Assembly (NCBI GenBank): GCA_028826165.1
Contig: JAPDFW010000122.1
Coordinates: 62,001 to 126,000, forward strand
DNA: 64,000 nt
From: Anaeramoeba ignava BMAN
Lineage: Eukaryota > Protista > Anaeramoebae
Reading direction: 5' to 3'
Positions within the stretch are counted from its first letter, which is position 1; the number at the start of each line of letters is the position of its first letter. The notes below the pieces were generated by a model, which was not told the DNA's origin, searched no databases, and was given only the letters and a program-made list of their open reading frames with translations. This document shows, one piece after another, positions 11,310 through 24,919 of this stretch. The position numbers and the translations under genes are program-made.

Positions 11310-14300
11310 TTATTTTTTTGATAATGAAATACTTGGTGTATTTTTTGGAGAAATTTTTGGAACATTTGGATTTAAATTTGGATTTTGATTTGGGTTTAAA
11401 TTTGGATTTGGATATAGATTTTGATATGGATTTGGATATGGATTTTGATATGGATTTGGATTTAAATTTTGAAAGAAATGTGGAAAATGGTTCAAATGTG
11501 AAAAAAATGGATTTGGTGGAAAATTATTTTGGTTCATAAAATTTTGTTGTGGGAATTCATCTTTCCTTAAAAATGAATCATTTTTTTGAAATTCATTCTC
11601 ATAAGAATTTGTATTATGAGTAGGGTTAAAAGATGGAGATAAATAGTTATGATCAAAATTTGGATTAGGAGAGGGAATGACTAAATATAAAAGAATTTAT
11701 AAATATTTTTTTTATAAATATAAAAGAATTTATAAATATTTTTTTATAAATATTTTTTTTATAAATATTTTTTTTACCTAAAGGATTAGCTTCTTGGGAT
11801 TGATTTCCTTTCATTAGTATATTTAATTGTGGATCAAAGAATAAATTTGGATCATTAAAATGTGAGAAATTTTGATATGGAAATGATGGATTTAAATTTT
11901 GATTTTGATTTTGATTTTGATTTTGATTTTGATTTTGAATTGGATTTAAATTTTGAATTTGATTTTGATTTAAATTTTGAATTGGATTTTGATTTGGATT
12001 TTGATTTAAATTTTGATTTTGGTTTTGAAATTGGTTTTGATTTAAATTTTGATTTTGATTTTGATTTTGATTTTGATTTTGATTTAAATTTTGGTTTTGA
12101 AATTGGTTTTGATTTAAATTTTGATTTTGATTTTGATTTAAATTTTGGTTTTGATTTAAATTTTGATTTTGATTTTGATTTAAATTTTGATTTTGAAATT
12201 GATTTAAATTTTGATTTTGATTTTGATTTAAATTTTGGTTTTGAAATTGGTTTTGATTTAAATTTTGAATTTGATTTTGATTTAAATTTTGATTTTGATT
12301 TAAATTTTGATTTTGAAATTGGTTTTGATTTAAATTTTGATTTGGATTTTGATTTAAATTTTGATTTTGTATTTGTGAATAAAATTGATTCCTAGGTTGT
12401 GTTGTTTTTTGAGGAGAATAATTGTTTGTTATATTCATTTGATTTGAAAATTGATTATTCAAATTATTCAAATTATTATTATTATTAAAAATTTTTCTAT
12501 TTTTTTCATCATCATTTCTAGTTATTATCATTGGATTTTTTTCTTCATTTTTTTTCGAAATTTCTTGGTTTTTCATTTCTGGTTTTTTTTGAATTTGTGA
12601 TTTTAAATTTTGTGATTGATTTCTATGATCTCCAAATTGAAAATGTTGTTGTGATTTTGTGATTAAATGTGAAGAAAAAACAACTCCAGTTGATTTTTCT
12701 GTTTGAGAAGGTATTTCGTTTTCTTGTTCAAGAATTTTTTCTAATTCTTCTTGAGTAATTGTTTTAGTTATTTGATATTTTTGTTTTGATTCTTTTGTTT
12801 TGATTCTTTATGTTTTGGTTCTTTATGTTTTGATTCTTTATGTTTTGATTCTTTATGTTTTGATTCTTTATGTTTTGATTCTTTATGTTTTGGTTCATTA
12901 TCAAGTTCATTTAAATTCATTTTTTCTATCATTTCAACTGAAATTGTTTCATCTTCATTTATTGGTTCTTTTTGTTTTTTAGTTTCTGGAATTATTTTTG
13001 TTGTTTTTTCTTTTTTTTTCCATATTCTTGTTCTTTGTGGATTATTTTTTTGAGAAAAATTTTGATTAAAATTATTTTGGTTTTGGTTTTGGTTTTGTTT
13101 TCGAATCCATCTTAGTTTTGGTTTAGATTGGAATTGATTTTGATTTTGATTTAGATTAAAATTATTTTGATTTTTTTGAATTTCTTGATTTTGATTTTTT
13201 TGATTTTCTTGAATTTGATTTTGATTTTGATTTTGATTTTGATTTTTTTGAATTTCTTGATTTTGATTTTGATTTTGATTTTTTTGAATTTCTTGATTTT
13301 GGTTTTGGTTTTTCTTCTTTTTCTTCTTTCCATTTTTTTGAGTTGATTTTGATTTTGGTTTTGATTTTGAATTTGATTTTGAATTTGATTTTGAATTTGA
13401 ATTTAAACTTTTCTTTATTTCTTCATTTTTTTGAGGTTCTTTATTTTTTCTTTGAAATCTTGGTTGATTTTCAATTTCTTTTTTTTCATTAAATTCTAAA
13501 CTTTGATCTAAAATGTTTGATTTATTTTTCTTCTTTTTTTTATTTCCAATTTTTTTCCACCTTGTAGTTTCTTTATCTTGACCTAAATTATTTATAAAAT
13601 TAAAAATAAAATTAATTATAAAATTAAATATTAAATTATTAATAAAATTATTTATAAAATTATTTATAAAATTATTTATAAAATTATTTATAAAATTAAA
13701 TATAAAATTATTTATAAAATTATTTATAAAATTAATTATAAAATTATTTATAAAATTAATTATAAAATTAATTATAAAATTAATTATAAAATTATTTATA
13801 AAATTAAATATAAAATTAAAAATAAAATTATTAATAAAATTATTTATAAAATTATTTATAAAATTATTTATAAAATTATTTATAAAATTAATTATAAAAT
13901 TATTTATAAAATTATTTATAAAATTAATTATAAAATTATTTATAAAATTAATTATAAAATTATTTATAAAATTAATTATAAAATTATTTATAAAATTATT
14001 TATAAAATTATTTATAAAATTATTTATAAAATTATTTATAAAATTATTTATAAAATTATTTATAAAATTATTTATAAAATTAAATATAAAATTATTTATA
14101 AAATTATTTATAAAATTATTTATAAAATTATTTATAAAATTATTTATAAAATTATTTATAAAATTATTTATAAAATTATTTATAAAATTATTTATAAAAT
14201 TATTTATAAAATTATTTATAAAATTATTTATAAAATTATTTATAAAATTATTTTATAAAAATAAATTAAATTAAATATAAAATTATTTATAAAATTAATT

Positions 14301-16704
14301 ATAAAATTATTTATAAAATTATTTATAAAATTATTTATAAAATTATTTATAAAATTAAATATAAAATTATTTATAAAATTATTTATAAAATTAATTATAA
14401 AATTATTATAAAATTAATTATAAAATTATTTATAAAATTAAATATAAAATTATTTATAAAATTAATTTATAAAATTATTTATAAAATTAAATATAAAATT
14501 ATTTATAAAATTAAATTTATAAAATTATTTATAAAATTATTTATAAAATTATTTATAAAAATTATTTTATAAAATTAATTATAAAATTATTTATAAAATT
14601 ATTTATAAAATTAAATATAAATTTATTTTAAAATTAAATTTATAAAATTATTTAAAAATTATTTATAAAATTATTTATAAAATTATTTATATAAAATTAT
14701 TTATAAAATTATTTATAAAATTATTTATAAAATTAATTATAAAATTATTTATAAAATTATTTTATAAAATTATTTATAAAATTATTTATAAAATTATTTA
14801 TAAAATTATTTATAAAATTATTTATAAAATTAAATATAAAAATTATTTTATAAAATTATTTATAAAATTATTTATAAAATTATTTATAAAATTATTTATA
14901 AAATTATTTATAAAATTATTTATAAAATTATTTATAAAATTATTTATAAAATTAATTATAAAATTATTTTATAAAATTATTTATAAAATTATTTATAAAA
15001 TTATTTATAAAATTATTTATAAAATTATTTATAAAATTATTTATAAAATTATTTATAAAATTATTTATAAAATTATTTTATAAAATTATTTATAAAATTA
15101 TTTATTAAAATTATTTATAAAATTATTTATAAAATTATTTATAAAATTATTTATAAAATTATTTATAAAATTATTTTATAAAATTATTTATAAAATTATT
15201 TATAAAAATTATTTATAAAATTATTTATAAAATTATTTATAAAATTATTTATAAAATTATTTATAAAATTATTTATAAAATTATTTATAAAATTATTTAT
15301 AAAATTATTTATAAAATTATTTATAAAATTATTTATAAAATTATTTTATAAAATTATTTATAAAATTATTTATAAAATTATTTATAAAATTATTTATAAA
15401 ATTATTTATAAAATTATTTATAAAATTATTTATAAAATTATTTATAAAATTATTTATAAAATTATTTATTAAATTATTTATAAAATTATTTATAAAATTA
15501 TTTATAAAATTATTTATAAAATTAAATATAAAATTATTAATAAAATTATTTATAAAATTATTTATAAAATTATTTATAAAATTATTTATAAAATTATTTA
15601 TAAAATTATTTATAAAATTATTTATAAAATTATTTATAAAATTATTTATAAAATTATTTATAAAATTATTTATAAAATTAATTATAAAATTATTTATAAA
15701 ATTATTAATAAAATTAATTATAAAATTATTTATAAAATTATTTATAAAATTATTTATAAAATTATTTATAAAATTAATTATAAAATTATTTATTAAAATT
15801 ATTTATAAAATTAATTTATAAAATTATTTATAAAATTATTTATAAAATTAAATATTAAATTATTTATAAAATTGAATATAAAATTAAATATTAAATTATT
15901 TATAAAATTATTTATAAAATTATATATAAAATTAATTATAAAATTATTTATTAAATTATTTATAAAATTAAATATAAAATTAAATATAAAATTAAATATA
16001 AAATTATTTATAAAATTATTTATAAAATTATATATAAAATTATATATTAAAATTATTTATAAAATTATTTATTAAATTATATAAAATTATTTATAAAATT
16101 ATTTATAAAATTAAATATAAAATTATTTATAAAATTAAATATAAAATTATTTATAAAATTAATTATAAAATTATTTATAAAATTAATTATAAAATTATTT
16201 ATAAAATTATTTATAAAATTATTTATAAAATTATTTATAAAATTATTTATAAAATTATTTATAAAATTATTTATAAAATTAAATATTAAATTATTTATAA
16301 AATTAAATATAAAATTATTAATAAAATTATTTATAAAATTATTTATAAAATTAATTATAAAATTAATTATAAATTTATTTATAAAATTATTTATAAAATT
16401 ATTTATAAAATTATTAATAAAATTAATTATAAAATTATTTATAAAATTATTTATAAAATTATTTATAAAATTATTTATAAAATTATTTATAAAATTATTT
16501 ATAAAATTATTTATAAAATTATTTATAAAATTATTTATAAAATTATAAGTTTTTTTTACATAATTTTTGTATTGTTAAATCTAAATCAAATCGATTTTCA
16601 GAAAGTATTTGAAAAGCTAAATCTTGTTTATTAGGAAATAATTCAATCAACTTCTCCATTTTTGATCTATGGATTTCTGGAATTTTATTTAAATTTTGAT
16701 TCAT
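11310..16704 (-). CDS. CUE/UBA-like domain protein with Q/N-rich low-complexity body (UBAP2/GIP1/Def1-like architecture); apparent frameshift near 12795
   Basis: Exons 16704-16560 (MNQNLNKIPEIHRSKMEKLIELFPNKQDLAFQILSENRFDLDLTIQKL), 13582-11778 (CQDKETTRWKKIGNKKKK...), 11680-11310. A one-base deletion in the run at 12793-12796 breaks a KHKES repeat. The 3' end is uncertain. Confidence 0.65.
13583..16559 (-). repeat. 2977-nt intron filled by the same 12-bp satellite family
   Basis: Minus-strand GT at 16559 and AG at 13584-13583; interior is tandem AAAATTATTTAT on the + strand. Confidence 0.9.
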
Positions 16705-16904
16705 TCTTCTTTTGAATTTTATTTGATTTTTATTATATATTTTTTTTTTTTAAAAAAAAGGAATAAAATGGAAGAAAAAAATGAAAAAAAAATTTTTTTG
16801 TTTTTTAAATTAAATTTTTATTTTATTACTAATATTTTTTTATAACTGACGAATTATTATTTTTATTTTTAATTTTTTTTTTTTCATTTTTTTCCTTTTT
16901 AAAA

Positions 16905-18108
16905 ATGAATGAAAATGATAATGAAAATTTTAGAAATAGAATAACATCAAAAACAAAAGAAAAAGAAAAAGAAATTTTAATTGAAAATGATATAAATTTT
17001 GGAGATAAAACACAAAAAACATTTCAAATTAAAAATGAAAACAAAATAAAAACTTTATTTAAAATTTTTGGGATTATAATTGGAATCATTTTAGGGACAA
17101 TTTTATTATCAAAAATAATATGTTTTGGATTGGATAAAATAGAATATAATTCTGCATTTAACAAACTGAAAAGCTACAAAACAAAAACAAGAGAATTGCT
17201 TCCAATTTTAATGCCAACTTATGGAAGAGAAAAATATTTAAATCAAGTATTAAACAAACTTGGAAATTTAACAAATTTGGATCAAGTAATGATAATTTTT
17301 TCTCAAGATGGAAATAACGAAGAAATAGCAAAATTAATTGATAATTTTATTGAAAATCACCCAAAAATTCCAATGGTTCACATGAAACACACAAGACCAT
17401 TTTTTAGGATTCCATCGCTTTTTCTTAAACGAACAGATTACGCAACTTCTGCGAACGTGAAATTTCTCTTAACCTTTTGCTTTTGAGCATCTTCATAGTG
17501 ATTCTGTTGTTGTTTTGGAAGACGATCTTCTTCCTTCTGAAGATTTTATTCAATATTTTATTTGGGTCAGAGAAAATATATTCAAGCCACAAAATAAGTT
17601 TATCCACGACCCCTTTGCAATTCCCAAAGAAACCCTTCCAACAACACATTCGCAAATGATTGACAATGCAAAAACTCAGGAATTCAAGAGGTTTTTTGTT
17701 GAAGAAAATCCAGAAAATCAGAAACTCAATTTGGATCTTTTTTTGGATCGAATTTTCACTGTTAACGGATTCAAAAAAAATTCAGCCAAATCTTCGAGTC
17801 CTTATGAGCTTGATTTCGCTCATTTTACTGTTTGGGGTTGGGGTTGTTCTGCCGCAAGATGGAAGTTGATTAAAATGGGATGGACTTGGTTTGCAAATTG
17901 GGATATTCAACTTCAATTAACAAGAAAATCTTATCAATTGTTTTCTCTTTCTCCCAGAATTTCTCGTGTTAGGAATATTGGAATGCAAGGAATTAATTTC
18001 AATGAGAAGGATGGAGATCCGAGATGGGATACTTATATTAGCGAAACACCAATTGATTATGAGGATCAATTTCCAATATTGAATAATAAAATATGCAATA
18101 CTGATTAA
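16905..18108 (+). CDS. Type II membrane GT-A glycosyltransferase (GnT-I/GT13-like); apparent frameshift at 17475-17484
   Basis: N-terminal TM helix, PILMPTYGR, IIFSQDG, VVVLEDDLLPSEDF, WGWG, WD and PRISRVRNIGMQG. Removing one T from TTTT joins ORFs 16905 and 17515. Confidence 0.8.
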
Positions 18109-18231
18109 AAATTAAAAATTAAAAATTAAAAATTAAAAATATTTTTGTTTTTGTTTTAAATTCTTGAAATGAAATGAAATCAAATCAAAAAGAAAAAAAG
18201 AAAAAGAATAAGAAAAAGAATGAAAATCAAT

Positions 18232-21200
18232 TCAAATGAACAAAACGCTAAATGTAGAAATTAAATCTTTTTGAATAAAATTTTGAATGTAAGCAAAAAG
18301 TCTTTTTCTTTCTTTAGAAGATTTGAAATTAAGTATAATTTCTTTTGATTTTGAAAATTGGATAGTGATTTTTTTTGGATCATTTCCGAAAAGAATAACT
18401 CTTGTGCTGTTAGTAAATTTCAAAGTGTCCTGCAACTTCAAGATGTCTGTATTGATGGCTTTTTGTTGGCTGATGCAAAACTTGTAGATATCGACTTGGA
18501 AAAGGAACAAAAATTGTTTGTAAATAACTAAGGAAATTGGAACGGTTTTTTTTGTTGTTTGTTCTGCAAGAAAATAAAGCAGATCCTCTTCTTCTAGTGT
18601 CGACAAATCAAGCTTGGAATTTCTGCTCTTGATGATGGAAGCAAAAGTACTTGTGAAAATGGAGGGATTGTATTTGATATTAAAGAAAGAAGCAATATTT
18701 TCGGGTGAATTTTTTTCGAGGATGCCGAAAAATTGTTGTGTAAGTTGCTGGTCTCTTGTTAGAAATATAAAGAAACTCGACGAATCATTCTTCTTCATAT
18801 TTATGGAGAAGAACTGATGTTGAAACCCAATGTGGATACTTTCTATTTGGTCGAGTTTGTCTGCCAGAATAAGGGAGAAATCGTCCTTTTCCTTTTTGGG
18901 ACGAATTGAGAAGATGTAAATGTTCAAATTGGTGATAATTAAATAGCATTCAGAGGCGTCCAAAAGACGCTCGTTTGGCTTGATGAAGAAGGTGTGAAGT
19001 GTAGCCAGTGCGAATTCCTTTTCGATTTTCTCAATAAAGTACTGCGCTTGCAAAAACTCAAACGCGCTGTTTGGGATTGTTAAGCTTGTTTCGTTGACTT
19101 CTTGGTTCAGATTGGCGAGTATCAATTTGGAATCAATGCTTCTTTGTCGTGTCTCCATTATGTGCTGCTCTTTCGGTGTTTCGGGTTGGGTTAAATTGTT
19201 CAAGTTGATGTTGTTTGATGCTTTGGATGATTTTTCGAAATTATCTTTTTCCAAATAATTATTTTCATATTGAACTCCAAAAAGAAGTAATCCGTCTGGT
19301 TTTTGATTTTGGTTGAGTAGCGTATTTCCTTGGTTTCCGCTCAAGATCCGATCAAGATTTTCGTTTTGATTTGAATTTTCGGTTTGATTGGGTTTTTGCT
19401 TTTCGGGACTTAAAAAATTCTTATTGTAAAATTTAACCGAATTCATTCTTTCTAGAACTTTTTTCCCCGCAAGGTTTACTGCATGGAGTTTTTTGGTTAT
19501 GTTTACAGAAGAGTCTTCGATCTCGCTATTTTCACTGACATCTTTTGATGTTGTTAAGTTGCTCATTTCTGAGGAATGTCTTTTATTTGCTGTTTGTTCA
19601 TCACCCGATTTTTTGGATTCAATATTATCGTGTTTTTCTGTTGATAATGACTCAGAATGCGGCTCTGTTTCTCCGCTTCTTGATCTTGAATCCTCGCCAT
19701 CCAAACTGAAAAAATTTTCCTTTTCGTTCTGATTTTGGATTTCCATTTGGAATTGCTCTTTTGGATCGAGAATTTGTCCTTCTAAATTGAAATAATAATC
19801 CGAAAGCTCCAAATTGTAAGTTTCTGGATATTCTCGTGAGGATCTTTTCTGATGGCAGAAAAAGCAATTGCTGGTAACATTTCTGTCTGCAATGATCCTA
19901 AATAACTCCACAATATATTCCATTTCTTTCATGTTTTGAATTCCATAAACAATTTCTGTCATTGAATTTGAATGCGAAGAATCATCAAAATAAAGTGCAA
20001 ACACAAACTTCTCCGCAGTGTTTGAAACAACAATTTTTGCCAAATTAATCAAGTTTAATTTCCTTGTGATTTTGTGTGAATAGCAATCCAACTCCAAAAC
20101 AATATTGAATTTCTTGTCGTTAAACTGAAGATAACGATAAGTAGTTGATCTTGACGATGTATTGACCATTTCGACAAGAATTTGGGTTTTAACCCTTTTC
20201 AATTCAAACAATTTATGCAGAATTCCCATGCTTTTTTCGTGCTTCAATTTGCGCTCCTTTTGTTGTGATATAATTTCCTTCTTTTTTTCATTTAAAATTC
20301 TTAGCCATTGTTCACCTCCTTCTTTTTTATATAAAGAAATTTCGTCCTCGAATTGGGAGAGTGTTGTATCATCCAATGGATCATCATCCACAAGTGTCCC
20401 TCCCAAATCAAGGATCGAATCAAGCGACTTGCTTGTAATTGGGCCTCCTCTTTGGCTTCTTTTTTGCATCAAAAGATTCGAACGTGATTTTGTTTCTTCT
20501 TGTTTTTTCTGTTGAATTAATTGGTGCTTTGTTTGGTATCTTTCCAGGTTCTTTTCCACATATTTCGAGTTTTGGAATGATGTCAATCCGTTGAAATTGT
20601 TGTCCTTCTCTTTTTTGAGTGTTCTTGCTTTTGATATTTCCTCTTTGTTTGTGAGCTCAAAATAATTGATTTCAATTTTTTCAATTGAAGCAAGTCGTTT
20701 TTTTTCTTGCTTTTTTTGGAGTATTTTCAAAATGGATTGCGTCAGCTCTCCTTGCTTGATAACGTGGTTGAGCGTGTCTTGATATTCCTTTTCTCTTTCT
20801 TTGACTTTCTGCTCAAAAATCATTTGCTGCTTTTTCGCCTCCATTTTTATTTCTTTCAAGATCTTCTTGTTTATTTCGCTTCATTTTTTCCATTTCCTTT
20901 TGTTTTTGCTTCATTTTTTTTTGCTCTTCCATTTTCTGTTTCTCTTCCTTTTTTTTCTTTTTGTTTGGATGCTTTTTTCTTTCTTTCTTAATATAATCAA
21001 TCAACTCCTGTTCTTTCTTGGAAATTGTCTTATTATCAAGATAAATCAAGCTTTTCAACACAAGAAAAGTTTGTGCTCTGTGTTCCTCCCTTTTTGTGCA
21101 GGGATTAAGAGCGATTTTAAGATCAAATAAATTGGGAATTTTTCGAAGAGCAGTTATTTCTTTAATTGACGTTATTTTATTTTCCGAAATGTCAAGTTTC

Positions 21201-22143
21201 TCAAGTGAATATAATTTTGTCAATCCTTTTGTTGATGTCAGTCGATTTCCTGATAGATTTAATTCCTTGATATACCCAAGAAACATGTAAATTTGAGAAA
21301 CTGAACTGATTTGATTGAATGATAAATTTAAAGTGTTTAAGTTTTTTATATTGATATAATTCATTCCTGTTATTTCAGTGATTTTGTTTGAATGAAGATC
21401 TAAATTTTCAATTTCTTGTAGTGATTTCTAAATATTTCCAAAAAAAAAAAAAAAGCAATTTAATCAATAATTATTTGAATATTGATTTTTTTAAATAAAA
21501 CAAAAATTTTTTTTTTACTAAAGATTCATCAAAAAAATTAATAAAATTATGTGTGCAAGTAAAGCTTTTAATCTTGTTAGTTAAAGAACCGTCGAGAAAA
21601 ACATCTTTAAAATTTTTCATCTTGCAGCTGTCCAAAGTCAAGTGGGTTAGCTTAGGGATAAATTTGTGCAAGTCATAAAAATCATTCAAATCACATTGAA
21701 AAATTTCTAATGATTTAAGTTTTGGAAATAAATCTGGTAAATTGATATTATAATTTCTTTCAGAATCATCGCTTGAATTTTCGATTCTAAGACTTAAAAT
21801 GTTATTCAAATATCCAACAATTGAACCTATTATTGAGCTCTTGTTTGGTTTGATTTCTTGTGTTTCTTTTTTTGGTTGAATAATTGCGCATTCATACATT
21901 TGTGTTCCAAAATATTTAACTTCATTATTATTCATTTTCAGTGTTTTCTTTCCAGAAAGATAATCCTCATCTATTTTTAATATCAATTTTTTAATTTATT
22001 TTTAATCAAAAAAAAAACTAAAACAACAAAAACAAACAATTTTCTGATAATTCTTTAAGTTTTTTTGTAAATTTTTTCAAATTAAACTCTTCATCGTTAT
22101 TATTAAATCTTTCTTCTTCTATATTTTCAATTAAATTTGTCAT
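18232..22143 (-). CDS. Leucine-rich-repeat protein, STK11IP/nischarin-like; apparent frameshift near 20845
   Basis: Exons 22143-22038, 21970-21519, 21427-18232. FDESLKSLQEIENLDLHSNKI followed by SDS22-type LRRs and LRRcap (LNPC), coiled coil, GGEQWL motif and probable PH-like C-terminal domains. Confidence 0.7.
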
Positions 22144-22336
22144 TAAAAAAAAAATGAAAGGAAAAAAATGAAAATTAAAAAAAATGAAAAATAAAAATTT
22201 ATTATTTTTTGAATTGAATTTATTCCACTTTTCTTTAGAAAGAAAAAGAAAAAGAAAAAGAAAAAATCAAATAGCGTAAAATAATCTACAACATTTGTTT
22301 TGAATTTTGAATTTTGAATTTTGAATTTTAAAGAAA

Positions 22337-24652
22337 TCAATTATTTTGAGAAATAAATTCTTTTTTATTAATAAAATCAATAACTCCTTGAGTAAATTTA
22401 AAATTATCTTCAATAATTTCCTTAATAATTTCAACTGATTTTAATGCTTGTTCTTTTGAAGTTAAAGGTAAATTTGCTACAAGATCATAAACAAAAGATT
22501 TTTGAGAAATTTCTCCAAGAAAATGAAGAAAAGATGAAATATTTTCTTTAAGAAATTCATCACTTTCTTTATAAAATTGAGCGTTTCCTAAATATGAATG
22601 ATTTGATAAACTTTGTGTAACTTTTGTTACTTGAATTAATGCTTTTCTTGCACTATTTGAGATTTTTTCTGTTTTTAAATAAAATTTTCCAATTAAAAAA
22701 TATTTTAATATTAATATTAATATTAATATATATATTTTTTTATTTTTTTAACCTTCATCCATTCCTTCAAATGTAGGAGTTGTAATTATTGGACAAATTA
22801 ATCGAAGAAAAACGAAAGATCCAATTACAGAAAGTTCCATTTCAGGAAATTTTTCAGTTACTCTTCTTCGAAGAAAAAAGCAAACTTCAGATATTTCTCT
22901 ATATAAATTTAATTATAGAAATATTATTTATAAATTTGAATTTTATAAATTTCAAAACAAACTTTGGAAGTAATTCTGGTTTTGAAAGGATTGAATTTAT
23001 TAAATTTCGTGTTTTTTCTTCAAGATTCTTTTTATTTCTTGATAAAAGATCTTCATCTTCAATATCACCAATAGAAACATTTAAATTTTCAGAATCTTGA
23101 ATTATTTCTTTAATTGGACCTTCAAGAACTTGTTGGAAATATTCATTTCCAAAAAGTTTTCCAAAACAAGTTAATGTTTTTGTTGTTAAAGTATTTCCTC
23201 TTAATAAAGTTGATGAAATATCTTTTGATTTTATTTGAGAGAAAAAAAAAACAATTTAAATTGATTTCCATTTATTTTTTTGATTATGTTTATTTTTATT
23301 ATTATTACCTGTTTTTTTAATTTCTTTTATTAATAAAAATTTTGTTAATTCAATTGATAAAGATTTTGATTCATAAATTCGTAAAAGAGATTCTGCAAAT
23401 AAATCAACATTATTTAATCTTAAAGTTAATGGTTCCATTTTATCAACTATTTCCAAATTTTCATCAAACATCTATTTTCGATTTATATTATTTTAAATAT
23501 TTAAATTATTTTAAATATTTATATTTATATTTATATTATTTTAAATATTTATATTTATATTATTTTAAATATTTATATTCATATTTATATTTATATTTAT
23601 ATTATTTTAAATATTTATATTATTTTTTATAAAAACCTCATATAATTGTTCATTTGAAACAGTAATTGAAAATTTATTTTTCTTTTTTTTAATTTTTTTC
23701 TTTTTAATTTTTTGATTTTCTTGAGTGAAACTAGTAATATCAAAAGCTCTTGGAGAAATAGGAGATTTAAGATCATTTAAAGAAATATCATTTATTCCAC
23801 GTTCTTCGTATTGTATTGTACCAAAAGAAGGACTTTTCTCCATTCTTCCAATTTCTGTTGTTGGTTGGAAAATAGTCATTTGAGGTTTTCTTTCAATTCG
23901 ATTTTTTCGAAAATCTTTTAAATCTCGTATTTTATTTTTAAGTTTATTGCTATTTGGTTTTATTTCTGGTTCTTCATCTTCAAAAGTGACTCTATTCAAT
24001 GATCTTGTTTTTGGAAGACGTCTTTTTTTATTTCGAATTTAGATTTAATTTTATAAATTAATTTTATAAATGAATTTTGATTTAATTTTATAAATGAATT
24101 TTAATTTAGATTTTGATTTTGATTTAAATAATTTACAAATCATCTGAAGAATTTCTAAAATGAGCCTTTTTTGTTTTTGGAATTTGAAAATGATCTCTAT
24201 TAAAATTTTTTTAAATTAAATTTTTTTAAATTTAATATTTAAATTAAGGGGTTCTTTTTTCGATTAAATTAGATAATAAAATAATTTTTGTTTTGTGTTT
24301 TGTTTTTAAATTTAAAAATAAAGCAAATAAGCAAAAAAAATTTCAAAAAGAAATAATAAAAAAAAAGAAATAGCAATCAAAAAAAGAAAATGAAATAAAA
24401 AATAAAAAATAAAAAGAGAATAAGAAAAACAAACTTAGGTTGATCATTGCTAAAAGATCCAAAAAACAAAGTTGTTTGAAGTTGAGTTCTAGTTTCAGAT
24501 ATTTCTTCTTGAGAAAGAAATTGTGGTCGATGTGATATTGTTGAACGTGATTTTTGTAATCGATATATTTTTACTTTTTGAACTTGTGTTTTTGGTTTTT
24601 CTTGATTCTCTTTTTTTTCTTGATTTTCTTCGTTTTCTTGCTTTTCTTGCAT
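22337..24652 (-). CDS. Ras GTPase-activating protein (RasGAP), 7 exons
   Basis: Spliced translation gives the arginine finger TLLRGNTLTTK, the signature GSFVFLRLICPII and ARKALIQVTKVTQSLSN. Six GT-AG introns; stop TGA at 22339-22337. Confidence 0.88.
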
Positions 24653-24919
24653 TTTGTTTTATCTTTAAAAATTTTCGTTATGATTTTTTATTGTTTTAAT
24701 TCTCTTAAATTAATTTAAAATTTTAAATTTAAAATTAAAAAAAAAGGAAAAAGAAAAAGGAAAAAGAAAAAGGAAAATGAAAATGAAAATGAAAAATTGA
24801 AATTTGTTTTTTTATTTTTTTTTTAATTAACAAAAAAAAAATTTAAATTAAGAAAAATTTTTCTTTTTTTTTCTTTTTTCTTTTTCGAATTTCTTTCTTT
24901 CATTTTTAATTTAAAAATT

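Noticed and set aside
17484-17486. TGA read-through or alternative genetic code
   Set aside because: The downstream domain is in a different frame, and TGA and TAA end genes normally elsewhere.
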